Virus record (IMG/VR): IMGVR_UViG_3300030043_000013
Location: 1 to 47,728 of that record
Direction: 5' to 3' (one strand)
DNA length: 47,728 nt
Source: a virus
Taxonomy: Duplodnaviria; Caudoviricetes
The notes under the pieces are model-generated. The model had not been told where the DNA came from. It was given only the letters and a program-made list of their open reading frames with translations, and searched no databases. Positions within the stretch are counted from its first letter, which is position 1; each line of letters opens with the position of its first letter. Of this stretch, positions 16,031 to 25,708 are shown piece by piece. Made by a program: the position numbers and the translations under genes.

Positions 16031-16091
16031 GCATCCGAGTATGTAAGAACACGCGCTTTATACCTTTATGGCGTGTGCAAGACCCGAACAC
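16031..16091 (-). ncRNA. Hairpin ncRNA candidate, copy 2 (loop CAUAAAGGUAUAAA)
   Basis: Same 19-nt core as 14135-14153 on a different but pairable stem. Confidence 0.55.
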
Positions 16092-16101
16092 TACAAACTT
16101 T

Positions 16102-16176
16102 TGGTTTCCAAGGATGGAATCGAACCATCATTTCACGCTTATCGGGCGTGCTTCCTAACCGTTAGAAGACTCGGAA
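16102..16176 (-). tRNA. tRNA-Ile(GAT), C33 instead of U33
   Basis: CACGC-CCGATAA-GCGTG, ACCA. Confidence 0.88.
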
Positions 16177-16184
16177 ACAGAAAT

Positions 16185-16757
16185 TTATACTCGACTTACA
16201 AGAGCTTTTTTCAAAACATCTTTGGAAATTTTTTTTGTTGGTGAAGGCTTTGCGCAACCACTCCATCGCCGCGCGGCACGCGCTCTTGAATAACCACCAT
16301 AAGTTCGAGAGCGAATTGCATCTATCGTATCTTGTGACATATGGGTCCCAAGATGATTCTGATTGCCTTCCATGTTCTCGCTTATTTTCCTTTTCGTGCT
16401 TTCGGTGCGCGGCTCTCTTACACCGGAAGAAGAGCGGCTCATTTTTCTGCAACTGTCCGCACTAAAGTATTTGCCATCCCCGCCAGATTTTAGATTATAT
16501 CCGTTGGGAACCATTGTATTCAAATCTATGATGGCTTTTTCTTCAAGTCGATTAAGCTCATCCAAATCTTGTGTCTCAGACAAAACCATCAGCTCAAAAT
16601 TTTCTTCCCCGTGTTTTCTTATGGCGACATGAAGAGCAAAATCTTTTCCCGTTTCGGCGGCGCGTACATGCTCTTTCCAGCGCTGTTCTACAGAGCGAAT
16701 GGTCTGTCCTATGTAGCTCTTCCCAGTCGTTCTACAAAAAACTCGGTAGATGTTCAT
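16185..16757 (-). CDS. GIY-YIG homing endonuclease with NUMOD3-like repeats
   Basis: NIYRV..KSYIGQT..RWKEH..PNGYNL; TESTKRKISE. Confidence 0.88.
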   Translation of the reverse strand: MNIYRVFCRTTGKSYIGQTIRSVEQRWKEHVRAAETGKDFALHVAIRKHGEENFELMVLSETQDLDELNRLEEKAIIDLNTMVPNGYNLKSGGDGKYFSADSCRKMSRSSSGVREPRTESTKRKISENMEGNQNHLGTHMSQDTIDAIRSRTYGGYSRARAARRWSGCAKPSPTKKISKDVLKKALVSRV

Positions 16758-16773
16758 CGATTCACTACTAACC

Positions 16774-16802
16774 ATTATACCTGAAACCATCGCGTTTGTC
16801 AA
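16774..16802 (-). promoter_or_regulatory. Consensus sigma70 promoter upstream of the GIY-YIG gene and tRNA array
   Basis: TTGACA-17nt-TATAAT with an AT-rich upstream tract. Confidence 0.85.
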
Positions 16803-16816
16803 CAACTATTTTATAT

Positions 16817-16840
16817 GAAGGCCCCGTTTCCGAGGCCCTC
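16817..16840 (-). terminator. GC-rich hairpin after ORF 16857, possible terminator
   Basis: GAGGGCCTCG-GAAA-CGGGGCCTTC; lacks a clear U tract. Confidence 0.4.
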
Positions 16841-16856
16841 ACAGAAAACAAAGACT

Positions 16857-17423
16857 TTAGGCGAAAGCCTGCACATCTGCCGTAACGAAGATGCGCTGCT
16901 TTTCGGCTGGCGGCACGGCGTTGACGTTCAACACGCCCTCGTCCACCAAACTGTCCGTGCATAGCGCGCTCGGCAATGCCAAGCCCGGGTTTGACGCCTG
17001 GGTCACGGACACTGCGTTTGTCGGAGTTTGAATCGAAACAGAAGACCCGCCATTGGACGGCGCATTGACAGTCGAAATCTTGCCCGACAAACTCAACGTG
17101 CTCTGGTCGGGGTTTCCGAACGGAGTTGAGAAGTTCACATTGGTCTGAGCCACCAAGTTATTGAATGCCGTGAGAATCTGGGCACGGGTCACAACCGGGA
17201 TGTTAGCCTGGTAGGTGCCGCCCAGAATTGCTCCTCCACCCTGAAGGATAGAGTTGGTGTTCAAGCCTGGATTGGGGGTTGGATTCGGAATGGTTACTCC
17301 CGAAACTGCCGCGTCAAGCGGGAAAGACAAAGCCGGAAAAGTCAGAACGCTGGGGTTCAGCGTCAAGAGGTTTTCCAGTTGCTGCAAAGTCAAATCTGAT
17401 AGTCGTGGGGTCACGGCTGGCAT
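16857..17423 (-). CDS. Hypothetical protein, paralog A of a tandem triplet
   Basis: LENLLTLNPSVLTFP...TRAQIL motif. Confidence 0.65.
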   Translation of the reverse strand: MPAVTPRLSDLTLQQLENLLTLNPSVLTFPALSFPLDAAVSGVTIPNPTPNPGLNTNSILQGGGAILGGTYQANIPVVTRAQILTAFNNLVAQTNVNFSTPFGNPDQSTLSLSGKISTVNAPSNGGSSVSIQTPTNAVSVTQASNPGLALPSALCTDSLVDEGVLNVNAVPPAEKQRIFVTADVQAFA

Positions 17424-17490
17424 AGAGATTTCCTTACTTTCGAACTGGGACTGCGTTCGGGCCTATCTCGAAAGATACGACCCGTGATTC

Positions 17491-17853
17491 TTAGATGACC
17501 TGGGCAGGAGCTTGAACGATATCCGTCAATCCTGCGAAGGCCGCGCCCGCCGAAACGACCGGAAGAGCTGACGGAGGAACCGCCACGTTAATCTGAACTC
17601 CTTGGGTGACCTGGATGCCCGCGTTCACGATGATGCCGGGAGCAATGGTCTGGGAATTGAACTTGCCCGTGGTCGGGTCAAAGTTTCCGCTGTTGGTCGG
17701 GCCAAGGTTGGCGGTGAAAGCTGCCAGCACAGAGGCGCGGGAGATGTTGCCCAACGGGAAATCGGTGGTCGAGAACGGGAACGTCGCCGCGTTCGGGTTG
17801 GTCAAAAGCAAATTCTGAAGATAGGTCATGGGAAGCTGGGCCAAGTTTGGCAT
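17491..17853 (-). CDS. Hypothetical protein, paralog B
   Basis: LQNLLLTNPNAATFP...SRASVL motif. Confidence 0.65.
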   Translation of the reverse strand: MPNLAQLPMTYLQNLLLTNPNAATFPFSTTDFPLGNISRASVLAAFTANLGPTNSGNFDPTTGKFNSQTIAPGIIVNAGIQVTQGVQINVAVPPSALPVVSAGAAFAGLTDIVQAPAQVI

Positions 17854-17918
17854 GGAACTGTCCTGCGGTACTGAAATGGGTGATGCGTCCGGGTCCCTCT
17901 TCCCGTTTGAAACAAAAT

Positions 17919-18155
17919 CTACTTAATCTGGGTCCGGCTGCTGGTGCCGCTGCCCACTGACGTGCCCTTGGTCGACGCTGAGCCCGACACAATCACGTTC
18001 TGCTCCCCAGAGCGGTTCGCCAACTCGGCCAGAAGCTGGGCTCGGGTCGGAGCCCCCACGATTCCCTGAATGTTCCAGGGGAAAGTCTGGGCGTTGGGGT
18101 TGTCGTAAAGGGACGCGATGAGCTGCGTTGTGGTGAATTGCTGAAGCGTGGCCAT
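17919..18155 (-). CDS. Hypothetical protein, paralog C
   Basis: LIASLYDNPNAQTFP...TRAQLL motif; ATG 18155. Confidence 0.6.
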   Translation of the reverse strand: MATLQQFTTTQLIASLYDNPNAQTFPWNIQGIVGAPTRAQLLAELANRSGEQNVIVSGSASTKGTSVGSGTSSRTQIK

Positions 18156-18159
18156 TTCT

Positions 18160-18528
18160 CTACTCCGATGGAACTGACGGCGGGTGGTTCGGGTCCCTCT
18201 GCCCCAAAAACGGGCGACGAGACAGGTACTGCTTGACGAAATCGTTCTGCAAATGGGGGTACTTCTCCAAGGAGAACACGATGGAGCCATTGCAATAGCG
18301 GTGGAGCGCGCCCCGGATGCAGTTCGGACACCCGGCGTCAGCCTTCTTGTGCAGGGCCGACTGGGAACAGCCGTGGAAATGGTCGATATGGGCACCCTTC
18401 AGTTCGAGAGGCTCCTGACATATTGGGCAAAGCCCACCCTGATACCCGAAAACCAGCCAACTCTTTTGCTCCCATGTTATGCCGTGCCGCGCAATGTCGC
18501 GCCGTAGCTGGGAAATATCGGCTAACAT
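18160..18528 (-). CDS. Endonuclease VII-like (His-Me finger) nuclease
   Basis: QGGLCPIC..HIDHFH..IRGALHRYCN. Confidence 0.8.
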   Translation of the reverse strand: MLADISQLRRDIARHGITWEQKSWLVFGYQGGLCPICQEPLELKGAHIDHFHGCSQSALHKKADAGCPNCIRGALHRYCNGSIVFSLEKYPHLQNDFVKQYLSRRPFLGQRDPNHPPSVPSE

Positions 18529-18764
18529 GTCGTAACCCCTTTATTGTGAGTGACGTATGGCAGAATGGGTCCCTGGGAAAATGAGACAAGCTTAAAATTA
18601 TTTGGCGGGGACGGCCTGGGGTGGAGCGCCCAGTGGCTCGCGGGTCCCGCCTTCGATTTTTCATCGCTGTCGTCAAAACCTTACAGTCTAACTCGCTGAT
18701 ACCATTGGAGATAAAATCCTCAGGGCCTGGCATTAACATTGCAGAGTATTTCAGTTTTGAATAT

Positions 18765-18878
18765 TGCAATTCGACGGGTGGCTCCCCCAAAAGTGCTCTT
18801 AAGAGCACCTTATATAGAATAAAGTGCTCTTAAGAGCACAGGGTGCGTTAAGCTGCAATTCGACGGGTGGCTCCCCCA
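18765..18878. repeat. 25-bp direct repeats flanking two perfect 16-bp palindromes
   Basis: TGCAATTCGACGGGTGGCTCCCCCA at 18765 and 18854; GTGCTCTTAAGAGCAC at 18793 and 18824. Confidence 0.9.
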
Positions 18879-19198
18879 TCTTCGCTTTCGTATCGCTGGG
18901 CAAGTTCAGGACCACATCAGCACTTGCCAGACAAAATAGCGAAATGTATGGCAAACTATCTGCAAGTCCTTTGTATCGGCCTCGCACAAAAATAACTCTT
19001 TTGTAATCAGCGGTTCGTTTGATATTCGCCATCGGGGAGTTGACCAGTTCGTCATCAGCGAAATAAAATCGAAAGGAAAACTTTTTCATTTGTCAAGAAA
19101 ATAATTTTACGAACGGCGAAGATACGCTATATGCCTTCTGCCACATTTCGTTACCATTTACCGTTTTATGCAAATGGGGTGAAATCTACCCAAAACAG

Positions 19199-19708
19199 TT
19201 AAACTCGCTCGTTCTTTGGTCGAAGTCTTCGCCTTTGTTCTATGGACACAACTCTGTCGGTGGCAGTGTCGATAATCGCCAGCATCCACTTCCCCAAATG
19301 TCTTATTTCTCTGCCTTCCGTTACCTCAGGCAGCAGCTCGTCGGGGTCACAGTTATCTAGTGTGTGATTTGTGATGGTTAGTTCTTTGTTGGCGTAGTCA
19401 TTGATGGGCAGACCGTTCACATACTCCAGCAACTCAGGAACAGGTTTGAACCATTCGCCGTGTGACCATGCGTGATAGAACTTTAGGTGCATCAGCCGCT
19501 CTTCTTGACGCGAGCCCTCAATCACTCTCAGGCATACCAGCGGGTCGGAACTTTGAATTCCCCGTATGCGAGCAATCACTCGGTCTCTGCTATACGAATC
19601 GCTGTACGGTGTGCGACCTGCTGAAACATATCCAATCTTGATGTTCTTGGTGATGGTGCCTTGCACGAAATAAATCATTGCTTCAATCTCTCCCCGCGTC
19701 TCGTTCAT
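19199..19708 (-). CDS. GIY-YIG/T5orf172-like nuclease
   Basis: MIYFVQ..NIKIGY..ERLMHLKF..GEWF. Confidence 0.8.
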   Translation of the reverse strand: MNETRGEIEAMIYFVQGTITKNIKIGYVSAGRTPYSDSYSRDRVIARIRGIQSSDPLVCLRVIEGSRQEERLMHLKFYHAWSHGEWFKPVPELLEYVNGLPINDYANKELTITNHTLDNCDPDELLPEVTEGREIRHLGKWMLAIIDTATDRVVSIEQRRRLRPKNERV

Positions 19709-19757
19709 ATCCCCACTCTCACTTCATCCTGCTCTTGTTCGTCTGGTTCGGGCAGCA

Positions 19758-21744
19758 TTATAAACCCGCGTCTACTTTCATCGCTGTGACCTTGTAAATC
19801 AGCACGTTGCGTCTCATCCAGTCAGTAATGTCCTGGCGCGCGTCTAGCTCTTTGAGCAAATCTTCCCATTCGATGTCTGAGCAGCCGCGCTGAACTGTTT
19901 TGCTGTCAGGACCGAAACCATCAACCAATCTCAGATACTCATCGGGAACAACAAGGCTACCAGCCATCCATACTCTCTGTGCGCGGTATATTCGCAGCGC
20001 ATCGCAAAAATCGCCGCCCATGTCACGGGCGAAAGCTTCGACTACTCTATCTCTCAGCGTCATACTATCCCCTCCGCGTTGTCGATGAGGCGAAGACGAA
20101 GTCTGCGGGCAGTCTCTGGTGGAGGTGTAACAGAGAAGCCGTGCAAGAATCGAGCGCGCCTGCCGTCGTCCAGGTGAATCTCGGTGTATGTCGTCTCTGG
20201 GCAATCAGATAGACTGCCATCATGCCAAACTGTATCGTCGCCTTTGCCTATCGCATGAGGATGTCTGGTCACTGGGCTTTGTGCCATTGACCGCAACCAC
20301 AGAGGCACACTATTTGCTCGGCTTCTGCCTGGACTCTCAACCTGTCCATCACTCTCTGGTGCTGTTCGGGGTGTTCTGTTCGCAGGTGTTCGTTCTGCTG
20401 CATGACCCATTTGTCGGCCAGCTCTGAGCCCGGGAAAAACATGCCCTTGGGCACGGCCAGCTTAAACGTGCAACCCGATTCTGGGCATTCGTACGTCATG
20501 TCTCTGTCTGGGTAGGTCGCTGTTCTAGTCGATTCGCTCACTGCCCGTTTCCTCGTTTTCGTTTAATCCATTCAGCACAGCCAGATTTCTCTTCTCTTTG
20601 ACTTCCGCTTTCTTGTGGCGCAGCAATTCGTCCAGACTCAAGTCGATGCCCTGAAGCGCAAGCAACATGCGTTCACCCAGGGCTAGAAAATCCACCTGCT
20701 CAGGTTGGCGACGCAGCGCGCGAATTTCAATCTTCGTGGAGCCTTTGATGTCTCCGCCAGGGTCGAAGTTTGCATACTCAGCGTAGTTGAGTTTCCCTGA
20801 GTCATGCACAATCTTTCCTGACGCATCCACGCGATAATCGTGTTCGTAATTCGTTTCTTTGGTTTTCGATTTCGCGACATTTGATTTCAGGTTGTTTATC
20901 GCGCCCTGAGTCATTTTGTCTGAGTCTTCAGCGTGAGACATACGGTGTTACTCTCCTGTCGGCATCTTCTTGCTTCGGTGCTGGGCCGTAACTCTTCAGT
21001 ATTTTCTGCGCCAGCTTGTAGGCAGCGTGAATCTCAAGGTACAGCTCACATTTTTCTTTGGTTGTCATTGCGGCGGAATCACTTCCCCGTCCATGCCTAC
21101 AACATCGCCTGCGTTAACCTTGGGCGCGTCTGGCATCTCTTTGTGCGACCATTCAAATCTGGACCCACCAGGGAACGGAATTACTTTTGAAATCTTCAAA
21201 CTCGCAGGCTCGACGCCATCAGGCACATACAACGGTTCAACAATAGGTGCCACGCCCTTCTCTGGGGCTTCGGGCACTTCGTTCAACTCTTTCTCAAACT
21301 CATTGCTCGCTTCCATCGCTGCGGCCTGGCGCTCCTGCGCTGTTGCGATGCGCTCGAATGCGCGCTGGATACCAAACAGCGGCGTCAAGAAGCTCTGAGC
21401 AATTCCAATGATGTCATTGAGCATCATTAGAATGGGATGTCATCATCGATGCATTCCTCGTTGTCGAACGGCTGCTGAAATAAAGCATCTGCCTGGCCCG
21501 GTGCATCAGGCACGATAGTGAAGGCCGACAAAAATGTGGGAGCAATGGATTGGTTTTTCTCTGCTTCTTCGCGCGCAATGCGCGTGTAGTCCTCGGGAGT
21601 CTTGCGAAGCACAATCGCCAGGATGCGGTCAAGCTTCTCTTCGATGTTGAACAGTCTCTTTTCTTCTGCGCTGGCGTATGGTCCAAGTGCCATTGAATTC
21701 TCCTCTCCAATTAGAATGTGTGACCCCTTATTTTTACGTGTCAA
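19758..21744 (-). other. Run of short hypothetical phage ORFs (e.g. 20269-20541, 20525-20941, 21065-21427)
   Basis: Contiguous or overlapping minus-strand ORFs; no recognisable domains. Confidence 0.5.
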
Positions 21745-21798
21745 GGGGTCGCCCCAGCACGGCTCGAATTTTAAGGCGTCAAGCGAGCCTAGACCGAG

Positions 21799-22323
21799 TT
21801 ACGCCTTTGCTGCTTGTGCTGCTGGCGGAACGAAAGTCAATGTTGCAGACTGCGCGACAGCGTTTGAGATGGACAGCGCGAGGCTGGCGGTTAGGCCGTT
21901 TCCTGCGTCTGTACCAGTGATGTTCGCTGAACCAGCAGAGATGTAAGCAAGCTGTCCCGTGTTCGGGTCAACTGTTGCAACTGCCGGATTGTCGCTAACA
22001 AACGATACGGGGCCGATTGCCGGAACTAGATTACCGCTGCCGTTCTGGCCATCGAATTCCTGAAACAGTACGCTACCCGGCGCATCGTTGATGTGAACTG
22101 ATTGCGAATTTGCCATTAGTGCTCCCTTTGAGTCTACAAATTTCAAGACAGCAGATACTGCCTTGCCATGCAGTAGCTGGTGCAATTCAGACTCGATTGC
22201 CCCCAGAATCTTTGCCATCACCTCGATATTGAAATCCGTGAAACGCTGGCGGAACTCGATTTCGCGAAGCTCTTCTCGAATTTCTTCAAGCCTTTCCAGT
22301 ATTTCTTTAGGCCAAAGTATCAT
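21799..22323 (-). CDS. Protein with C-terminal Ig-like (Big_2-type) domain; possible internal start at 22116
   Basis: SDNPAVATVDPNTG..GSANIT; GGGAG RBS before MANSQ. Confidence 0.65.
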   Translation of the reverse strand: MILWPKEILERLEEIREELREIEFRQRFTDFNIEVMAKILGAIESELHQLLHGKAVSAVLKFVDSKGALMANSQSVHINDAPGSVLFQEFDGQNGSGNLVPAIGPVSFVSDNPAVATVDPNTGQLAYISAGSANITGTDAGNGLTASLALSISNAVAQSATLTFVPPAAQAAKA

Positions 22324-22332
22324 GCCCGCTCC

Positions 22333-22737
22333 CTATATGTTGAATGGGCTATCCATTGCAGCCTGCATTTCTGCGCGGGCGTCCTTCAAACGCTTTTCCA
22401 ATTCCATGCGCGTCTTCGTCTTATCGATATTTTGCTGTGTAACAAAACGCGTTTGTTCGCCCGCGTCTTTCTTCAACTCACGAACCGTTTCAATAAGTTC
22501 CTGGGCAATATCGTCATCGAGTCCGCGAATTGTCGGCTCTTTCTTGTCGAGCAAATTCTTGAGCGAAGTCATTTCGCACATTTCGCCGCATTGCATAATC
22601 TGGGTCTTGTCTTCGTTCATGCCCACAAAAACTGTGCACGGTTGGAGGCGGATGTACTGCCCATCTTCGCGCGTAACCACGAAGTCCCCGTGAATCTTGC
22701 AGCGATAGATGGCGCGTGCTGCTCTGTCGTTGTTCAT
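22333..22737 (-). CDS. Hypothetical protein
   Basis: 134-aa ORF, coiled-coil C-terminus. Confidence 0.55.
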   Translation of the reverse strand: MNNDRAARAIYRCKIHGDFVVTREDGQYIRLQPCTVFVGMNEDKTQIMQCGEMCEMTSLKNLLDKKEPTIRGLDDDIAQELIETVRELKKDAGEQTRFVTQQNIDKTKTRMELEKRLKDARAEMQAAMDSPFNI

Positions 22738-22911
22738 CTCAACCAGCTCCCGTAGCCGTGAGGTGGCGGCGGCAAGTCCGGCAACGGCTCAAAATCTTCC
22801 GGCGTATCGCCCACGTAAGTGCGGCGCTTAATCAGCTCGTTTTCGCGTCTAAGCATCGCGTTTTCAGTGTCTTGCATGTGGCGCTCGAAGTCCAATATCT
22901 CGTCCACGGGC

Positions 22912-23355
22912 TCAGGCTCCGATTCGCAAATCCACTTCTGGATGGTGCGGACAAAAACCGCCGCTAAGTCTCTTACCCCACTGGCAGTTCCAACAAAGAA
23001 TTTGTAAATCTTTTGGTCTATTCTCGATACCCAACTTTTTGATTCTGCCATATAGATGGTACCCACACAGATTTGCCGTTGGAAAACTGGTTTTTCCTAG
23101 AGCCTGTCTCTCTCGAATAGTCGTTGCTGTAGGTCTTCGCCCTTCCTTTCGACCGTCATCGTTGATGTGGTCAAGAGTTAAAGCTGCAAGCATCGTCTCT
23201 CCGCAGCATCGACACTGCCCTCCATACCAGCCCAAAACCAAAACTTTCAGTCGAATCTTCCAGTCTCTGCATTTCGCAGAGTTGTGCTCTACGCAGTATG
23301 TTCCTGTGCTTCCTGACGGCTTTAGACACCCTTCAACAGAACAGTTTCTGTCCAT
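22912..23355 (-). CDS. HNH-type endonuclease
   Basis: YGGQCRCCG..LTLDHINDDG..LQILCWNC. Confidence 0.8.
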   Translation of the reverse strand: MDRNCSVEGCLKPSGSTGTYCVEHNSAKCRDWKIRLKVLVLGWYGGQCRCCGETMLAALTLDHINDDGRKEGRRPTATTIRERQALGKTSFPTANLCGYHLYGRIKKLGIENRPKDLQILCWNCQWGKRLSGGFCPHHPEVDLRIGA

Positions 23356-23411
23356 CAAGTGGACACCCCAGGTACACGCGTAGCTGAAAGACGCGGAAAT
23401 CAACTGAAACC

Positions 23412-23440
23412 ATTATACCATATCTGCCGGGCAAAGTCAA
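23412..23440 (-). promoter_or_regulatory. sigma70 promoter abutting cassette 1
   Basis: TTGACT-17nt-TATAAT with extended TG. Confidence 0.8.
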
Positions 23441-23456
23441 TGCTAATTTTCGGGAA

Positions 23457-23657
23457 TTATATACTTGAATCCCTCGTAATTATTTCTAACTCGTTGATTT
23501 GCCACATCTCGATAGTTGGCAGACCCCTTGGGTCGCCGTAACAATCTTTTTGAAACTCAATAACTAATCCATCCGAAGTAATATCCAAGATAAGCCCTTC
23601 GTGGCCGCCTCGAAAGTGATAATGTTTTGGAACTTGAACTAAATCACCTACCCGCAT
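23457..23657 (-). CDS. Cassette 1 cargo, small SH3/KOW-like beta protein
   Basis: MRVGDLVQV..GHEGLI..; stop lies in the TIR. Confidence 0.55.
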   Translation of the reverse strand: MRVGDLVQVPKHYHFRGGHEGLILDITSDGLVIEFQKDCYGDPRGLPTIEMWQINELEIITRDSSI

Positions 23658-23811
23658 ATCCAAGTCCTTTCAATTCTGTATAAACCTCATCGAACGCACG
23701 GGCGCGAGATAACCAAACGGCCCTATCAATAGTCGTTTTCGCTCGCTTGGCGGCGTATTCGGCTTCTCGCATACGCTGAAGAATTTCGAGAACCGGTTTA
23801 CGGTCTACCAT
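23644..23811 (-). CDS. Cassette 1 cargo, 55-aa helical protein
   Basis: MVDRKPVLEILQRMREAEYAAKRAK...; AAGGAG RBS. Confidence 0.55.
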   Translation of the reverse strand: MVDRKPVLEILQRMREAEYAAKRAKTTIDRAVWLSRARAFDEVYTELKGLGYAGR

Positions 23812-23856
23812 TGACTATCTCCTTTCTTTTGTTGTGGGGGTTAACTATATAATTCC

Positions 23857-25708
23857 CTAATTTTCCAAAGTCGCGCGATACCACTGCTCAGGTCCATTGG
23901 CTTCTCTCATCGGCTGTTGTTTGCGCCCACCCTCGCCTGGTTTCAGTGCGAACGTCCAAGGCGTCCCATCCGCGTCCGACGCGATGCGACGGCTCTTCGG
24001 GCGCTTCTCTGTCCATGTGCCAGACGCTGGGTCAAACCAACGCGGCGGCACGGGCGGCGGAGGCGGCAGCTTGGCACGCTCTTCCTTGGTCATGGTCGCT
24101 GTCACGTCAGGCGCTGGGCGACGCGGCGGCGGTTCCGGGTGCGCATTGAGCGCGGTGTCTTCGACTCCGTTATGGTCAATCATTTTTCTTCGTCTCTTTG
24201 AAGTCCAGGTCTTCTACGTTGATGCCCATCAAGTGTGCGACTTCGTTCGCATTCCACTTGTATCGGCGCTTCCATTTCGACGTTCGATATTCATTAGCCA
24301 ACATGTGATTAACGACGAGCGCTCGCCAGGCTGAAATTCCGGCCAACCTTTCTGTCTCGATTTCGTTCTCTCGCGGAATAGGGCGCGTTGTCCCTGTCGT
24401 AATTTTTGAGAATGATGGCCAAATCGAGCGCAGTGAGGCTAAAATACTCATGATATTCTCCGATAACGGCCTCCTGCTTTTTCACGAGCCTACCATCGCG
24501 TCTTTGCGAAAGTCCACGGGCAACGAAAACCACGGCAGCCCAAGATTTGCGGCCACTTGAAGCGCATCGTCTTCCGTGTGGTAGCGCATGGCCATGCTCG
24601 GCTTCTCTGTGGTTTCGATATCCCCGTTCAGAGCAAAGCGCAAATACACCGGGCGCTCTGTGTCGACGGGCCACTTTGAAACCAACCAATAACGAATCAC
24701 ATTGACTTCATCGGTCACGGCGTTCTCCTCGTTCTTCGTGGCGCTTCATGTTATATCTAATCTCTGCGGCGTGCGCGCACATTGCAATCGCGGCTATCGT
24801 GAGTGCGACAATACTGCGCGACAGCAAAACATGCTGCCCTTCCCCGCTCTCTGCCATGCCTGCTGCGAATTCAGACAGCGAGTACAGAATCGATAGCATC
24901 CACAGGCCGCAAAAGCCTGTGGTCATAGCGCGATGTTGAACGGCATGCCAATCGATTTTCATGCGCTGGTCAGCGGGTGCGTGATGCCGTGAATCAATGT
25001 CATCTTCGATTCAAGCAGCAAGCGAAGAGCGGCGGTGCGATGAGCAGACGACGGGACGTTGGCCAGAGTCCCTTCGGCCAGCTTCAGGTATTCGCGATTC
25101 ACCGACTCCAAAAGCTCAAGCTGGTCCTGGGTTGGTTTGTTCGGTACGAAGTCTGACAGAATCATTCTGATTTCTCCTCTATTTGCGATTCAAAAAACTT
25201 TACCGCCGTTTCAAGATTCTCCTGTTCCTTGCTGACCGTTGGCTGCGGATTCGCCTTCGCGCGTCGCGCTGCAATCTGTTCCGGCGTGAAGTTACGCGAC
25301 GGTGAATTCTTGGTCTTGTTCATTGCTTTGCCTTTCTGCGCGCTGATTTTCTTGTTCTTGCTCTTCGTTTCTGCCAGGGCAACGAGCTGTCTGGTGAATT
25401 CGATGCGCTCCGCAGACGTGGTCGCCAGAGCCAACGCGTCAAGAATTGCTTGCTCTACTTTACCTGCCAAGATTTCCCTCTCCGTCGACCGTTTCTGTTC
25501 CGGTCGCATCGTATTTTTGCACAATCAAATATGGTTCGTACGGCGGTTCTGTTTCTGAACGCGTGTAAATCACGATGGGCAAAGTGGTAATGCGCAACGC
25601 GGCCTGATTTATGGTGGCGCGATGAATCGTCTTGCTCATCCAATCGGTTTTCACCTTCTGCGGCCCTTCCGCTATCGCGCGGCGAACCACATCTTCTTGC
25701 CAGCTCAT
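23857..25708 (-). other. Run of short hypothetical phage ORFs (23857-24183, 24176-24451, 24482-24718, 24708-24962, 24959-25165 and others)
   Basis: Translationally coupled minus-strand ORFs. Confidence 0.5.

Larger units (their letters stand above)
23452..23857 (-). mobile_element. Non-autonomous IS1595-type cassette 1 (406 bp)
   Basis: TIR GGGAATTATATA at both ends; 8-bp TSD TAATTTTC (23444-23451, 23858-23865); two cargo ORFs. Confidence 0.9.

Noticed and set aside
11881-16176. Amber suppressor tRNA or genome-wide TAG recoding
   Set aside because: No CTA anticodon found; loop CTTCTAA centres on TCT (Arg) and CTTAGAA on TAG (Leu). TAG ends terminase, portal and other genes normally.
18765-18878. 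Mini CRISPR array
   Set aside because: Only two 25-bp repeats, a 64-bp spacer made of palindromes, and no cas genes; the exonuclease at 46172 is an ordinary phage PD-(D/E)XK enzyme.
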